Source: Marsupella aquatica (Eukaryota > Plantae > Marchantiophyta). Taken from it: a stretch of 64,000 nt of DNA. Shown one piece after another: positions 59,296-64,000 of the stretch. Below the pieces are notes generated by a model. It saw only the letters and a program-made list of their open reading frames with translations, did no database searches and had not been told where the DNA came from. Location: positions 2,235,223 through 2,299,222 of the forward strand of contig OZ316892.1 in the NCBI GenBank assembly GCA_973895155.1. The letters run 5' to 3'. The position numbers and the translations under genes were made by a program. Every line of letters begins with the position of its first letter. Position 1 is the stretch's first letter.

Positions 59296-59360
59296 GCTAA
59301 GTGTAGCTCGTACCAAGGGAAGGCTAAGTGTAGCTGGTACCGAGGGACGGCTAAGTGCAG
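59296..59360. repeat. 27-bp tandem repeat (~2.4 units)
   Basis: gctaagtgtagct(c/g)gtacc(a/g)aggga(a/c)g repeated. Confidence 0.8.
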
Positions 59361-62300
59361 TAGTGAACAGTTTAGATGGAATGATATTGACGCCAAACTG
59401 GATTAACTGCAACGCTGTACAATCATGTCGAATTTGAGCAGAATTTCACGAGCGGGCAAGGCATTGCTACTAACTCGCTGGCGGTCCCCAATTGTCTGCC
59501 TCGCCATAGCTGTTGTTGTGTTGGATAATGGTCGCGGGTCGGTACTTGTTATTCCAGCCTCCGGATGGAACGAGACTTGGCAAGTGCAATGACAGTGTTG
59601 CTGGATTCATTGCTTGAGTATAAATAACCTCACATCTACAAGTTGCCATTTTCATAGGAGGGTTTGTGCAGTCGTTGCAATTCGCAGAGCAGACAGCGTG
59701 CTATCTCACCACTGACTGCAATAGATTGAAACATCTCAGAAGATGATCACTGCGTGGAAAAACTGATGCATGGCGAGTAGTTCCAGGATATTGGAACGGT
59801 CTACAGTAGCTAGTGTCAATAGCTACGGTACCTGAATTGTATGGAGATGTGACCAACAGGTGCCGGAATCTTGTCCAAGGGAAAGGACAGGAGCAGTCAG
59901 AGTTCCGTGATCTCTGAGTATTTCATTGACAGCCATCTACTGTATTTTCCCACCATAATTTTTCGGTGACACAGACAGGGAAGTGGTACGAATATCTGAA
60001 CAGTCACGCACTTGCCTGGCAACCATAACCCATTGAGGAGTCGTCTAGTGCAGAAAGGACCACATCGACTCCCTACTTTTGGACTCAAAACGGGTTCTAA
60101 ACGGCTCAAATGTATTTCTATTCGTACAGCTCGCTTTTGTGTACAATTTTGTGTATTGATGTCGACCTTAGTCTTGTGTACAACCCCTTTCGAATGCGGT
60201 ACTATATAGTGACATCGATTTCCATGCTGCTCGACAGCTGCTTCATTTGCAGCTCAGAGAGTACCATAGATTCGTAGACTTCTGGACTCGGTGCCTTGGG
60301 CTTTGCCAGTGCAGCAAACTGTCGTGCAGGACCCGCGCTTGCAATCCCGAACGAAACAAAGACAGAGTGGGGCCCCAGATTCCCAGAAGCTCAATTAACT
60401 TCGCTACGGTAACACGGAGGTGTCACTTGACGTCAATGCATGCAATTGCCCTGCCGGTAATCACACACTAAATTGTGGAAATACACGTCTGCACTCATGG
60501 ATTAAAAAGAAAATAACAATGTTTATCACATTAAAGTGAATATAAGTCTGCGCCCATTGATTAAAAAGAAAATTACAATATTTATCATGGTATGGAGGAT
60601 GTCCAACACTGTATATGTCATATTTTATATTTTGATGTGCACATGTAATTGTTTGTAGATATTATGGGAGAGCATTTTACACTTCAGTTTTTTCCAAGGC
60701 ACAAGGAAAAAAGCACCAGGAGATATAAGCACCTCTATTCGTGAGGAGAGGATGAAACATTCATGATGGTTGACCTTTTTCTTCTGCTGGTTGGAAGCAG
60801 GATCACATGTGTGGAACGTTCAGTATGGATTATTAACTGAACCATCCCATGCGACTTTACTGGTATTTCAAAAAGCTAAAACTCTCATGTCTCGTCCAAG
60901 TATCCTTTTCCAATTCCACAGGAATAGATATTTGACCAAAGTCTTGTTAGGTGTAGGAAATGAAACAGTGTTTACATTTAAAAAAAATAGAGAATATTAC
61001 TTAATCGAAAGTACTAGCACAAACCTTTCCAAGTTTGTAGAAATTCAGTGGGAAGTGACGCCCTCCTAATTAAGTTGCAATGTGGCGAACGTCGAGGTAT
61101 GGCTAAACGTGTACGTACGAATAATCCAGAACGGTTACCTTCAGCGATCAATCATCAATCTCTAGTTGAACAGGGAAACGCACCAAACATTTCCCGGTCC
61201 TCTCTCCCCATAAGCCGCGTTTTGTTCGTTGGCAGTGATTTCTATATCTCCCAGGAATAATGTGGGCACGCTCTGCACTGCAATCCACTAACTCTTCTTG
61301 CAAAGCCTTAGTTAAGGATTGGTTTACCGTGTGTAATGGATTGAGGAGAAACTGCAGTTGGACCCGTTTTTCAAGATACATAATAATTATGATGAACAGC
61401 TAGGCTAGGGTACCTGTAGGTACATACAACCGTGTGTGATCAAATCAAGTGGCCGTGATAAATAGAAGCGCAATACCTTGAATACACAAATTATACCCGA
61501 GCAAGTTGCATGAGCACGCTGCTGGAACAATAATACCACGTCCCAGTCCGAAACTGACCATGAAGGGTGAAACGGAGTATTTCATTGCGGTCACTGGTGA
61601 CAAGCAGGACAAAATGATAACGAAAACAGGCAAGTTGCCTGCTCAAGTCTTTTGAAATAATTCCATTTTCATTATTTCGTCTGCCTCGGGTCCGTTATGC
61701 TTCTGTTGGTTTGGCAAGCCATACCATCGACCCAGATTGCGTGAAAGTGATCATAGTCCACCACTGGGTTTCAGATCAGCACCCCGTTGTCGGAAGATAG
61801 TTCGAAGAACGCAGTGGTGCTCAATCCAATGTTATAATCAACCCAGTGGGTTATACAAGCTCTAGCAAATTTAAGAGCCTCAACACTAAGCAGCAAATTG
61901 TACCTTGCTGATTAATCAAGCTGAAAAACCCGACGAAGTTGTGGGTTGTGCAGCAGACCTGTAAAAAATTGCATGGATTGCTTAGGGTGGGCCAGATTAA
62001 TGCCACAAGTTCCCCTAAATAAACATTACTAGATCGCTTCATACCCACGATGGTTGTGCAGTGCGCCACGTTGCCTTGGCAAGGCATGAATCTCGTTTGG
62101 GAGCAGTATTTGCATAACAAGATCTACAGTACTACTACAGAAGAAGATTGAGCTAACTTGGATCGATCTGGACATTGTTGGGGATCACCTCAAATTTGCT
62201 TAGCAATCAAGATGTTCCGGTAAACGCTCCCACATGATCAATGATTTCATACTTGTCAGTGGGTCGTCTGTGAGCAAGCCAGGCTGCAGCAAGCAAATTA

Positions 62301-63577
62301 CTTGATACAGTAATTCCATAACTGTGGCAGGCAAGAGATTTCGTGATTTTTCCCTGCAGGTTTTGTAGCCGTCCAGCTCTGGATTAAACCCTAAATACCC
62401 ATTAGAAAGCCTCCATCAATTCATTCAAGACTCGAAAGACGGTTCAGTGTCTCAGTCACTTTCTGCTCCTGCCCTCCTGACATACTCAAACCATGCAATC
62501 CGACAAACTCGTCAGCAAAGGAGAGTGAGGAAATCAGTCAAATAAACTTGTAGCCTGTTGTACTTGAATCGTACTGCAAAAGGATCAAATGCACCTGACG
62601 GTCTCCCTTCTTTTCTGTCATCGTAAAGAAAATGAGAAAATGTGCAAGAGATCTAAACGTGGGAGCAGGAAGGGCAATTTGCTTCTCTGACTATCGTCGA
62701 CCTGCTGTACGTTCGAGATGTGTGTGAAATTGCTGCATACGCATATGAGGCAGAGAGCAGGGCAGTATAAGACAGACTACTTGGAGCTGACACTTAGTAC
62801 CGTCCTTTTGGTACTTTGGTTTGATTGTATGGAAATATGAGATCGATTGCACAGCTAACGCAAGCTCAGGTTGCACCTTCAGAGAATCTATGGAGCTAGA
62901 ATGAATCTACTTGAGGTAGTTCTGCTAATGGTGACAATGGTCGGCGTCTGCTTTGCTGCTCAAGTACTGGCTAAGCTAGGAGCAAAGTACACTGAGTGTA
63001 CATAATAATAATGCATTTGAACCCGTACTGGAAGCAGGGTCCTCCAGTCATACTACAGTACTACAGTAGTATCACGTGACCTCTCCCTTGAAGCTCTACG
63101 GCACTGTCAAGGTTTTCTGCGTCATGATCTGGACTCTGGAGCGATTACGACAAGGTTTATGGCTCCATTCGTTGTATGGCCTTCTTGCAATGTCTCCTCT
63201 GTCCTCTCGGTTTAGGTCAACTAGTAGAAAACACTATGAGTAGAAGACGTCATTCTGTAACCACATCATCAGCCGAACATGCTGAATGGTTCACGAGACA
63301 AACAGTTTTCAGTGTTCATACGCCATCGGAAGCTACAGACTCAGAGAGTATTGCGAGACGTCTGAGTCAACGAAAACCCTCAACGGTGAACGATCAAGTC
63401 TTGCCTTCGCCCTCGCCTTGAGAACTGAATGGCATCCGAATGGTAGAGTAGAGTACTTATCTGTCTAATCCAGCTTCGTTTTCGAAGCCCTACATTCTCT
63501 GCAAAAATACATGATCGTGCCTAAGTATGAACTCGCTATGCAAGCAAGTCTTTCTAGTAAGGTACCTTAGTGTACAC

Positions 63578-63965
63578 TCAAACTGCGGAGTTCGACGACG
63601 CAGTTCCACGAAAGACCTGATTGCCGAAGTCTGGATCAAAATGCGTGATTGAGCGCGAACATAGACTTTCTACTCTTGACGCCTTGACGGTGACACAGCA
63701 GCACGTCGGCATTGTGCCACAGATGTGGGGGCAAACCGTCTGCTGTACTATCTTTTTCCCTGCGACTGGATTGGGAAGGATTTCACGAGTGCCGGTCAAC
63801 ACGGACAGATGGCCATTTCTCCATTTCCTGTGCCACACGGACGACGAATGCCAATGACCTCTCCCTTCCCTTGTACTATCGGAGAAAAGCGAACTCTTAA
63901 CTGCATGTGGGGGAGGAATTCCGTCGAACTTGCTAACGGTAGTTTTGTGCCTTCCTTCGTCGAGC
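63578..63965 (-). CDS. Possible terminal exon of a gene starting beyond the window
   Basis: A stop-free frame of ~129 codons follows a candidate acceptor (aatcgcag|63965). No recognisable domain. Confidence 0.25.
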
Positions 63966-64000
63966 CTGCGATTGGAACGAGATGGCTACGAATTTACGGG

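Noticed and set aside
60700-62300. hAT transposase remnant suggested by LDPFFK
   Set aside because: A single short motif with no supporting context.

Overview
Eukaryotic nuclear DNA from a land plant. Spliced genes with plastid transit peptides and plant-type transposons support this; a bryophyte/liverwort-like origin is only an impression. Exon structures were reconstructed by hand for: the 3' end of a UIEF-like RNA export adaptor (+), diaminopimelate decarboxylase (-, with a GC-AG intron), a plastid TPR protein (+), a conserved uncharacterised plastid protein (+), a receptor-like pseudokinase with ricin-B-like and DUF642-like ectodomains (+), and a choline transporter-like protein with a ~660-aa Pro-rich N-terminus (-). 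The most striking structure is a diverged ~0.6 kb inverted repeat. It forms the upstream region of two unrelated, divergently oriented plastid genes right up to each ATG, and brackets a ~12 kb island of tandem repeats, Helitron 3' ends and an LTR relic. A complete TRIM-like miniature LTR element with TSD, PBS and PPT lies at 56555-57336. Family assignments come from motif recognition, not database searches.
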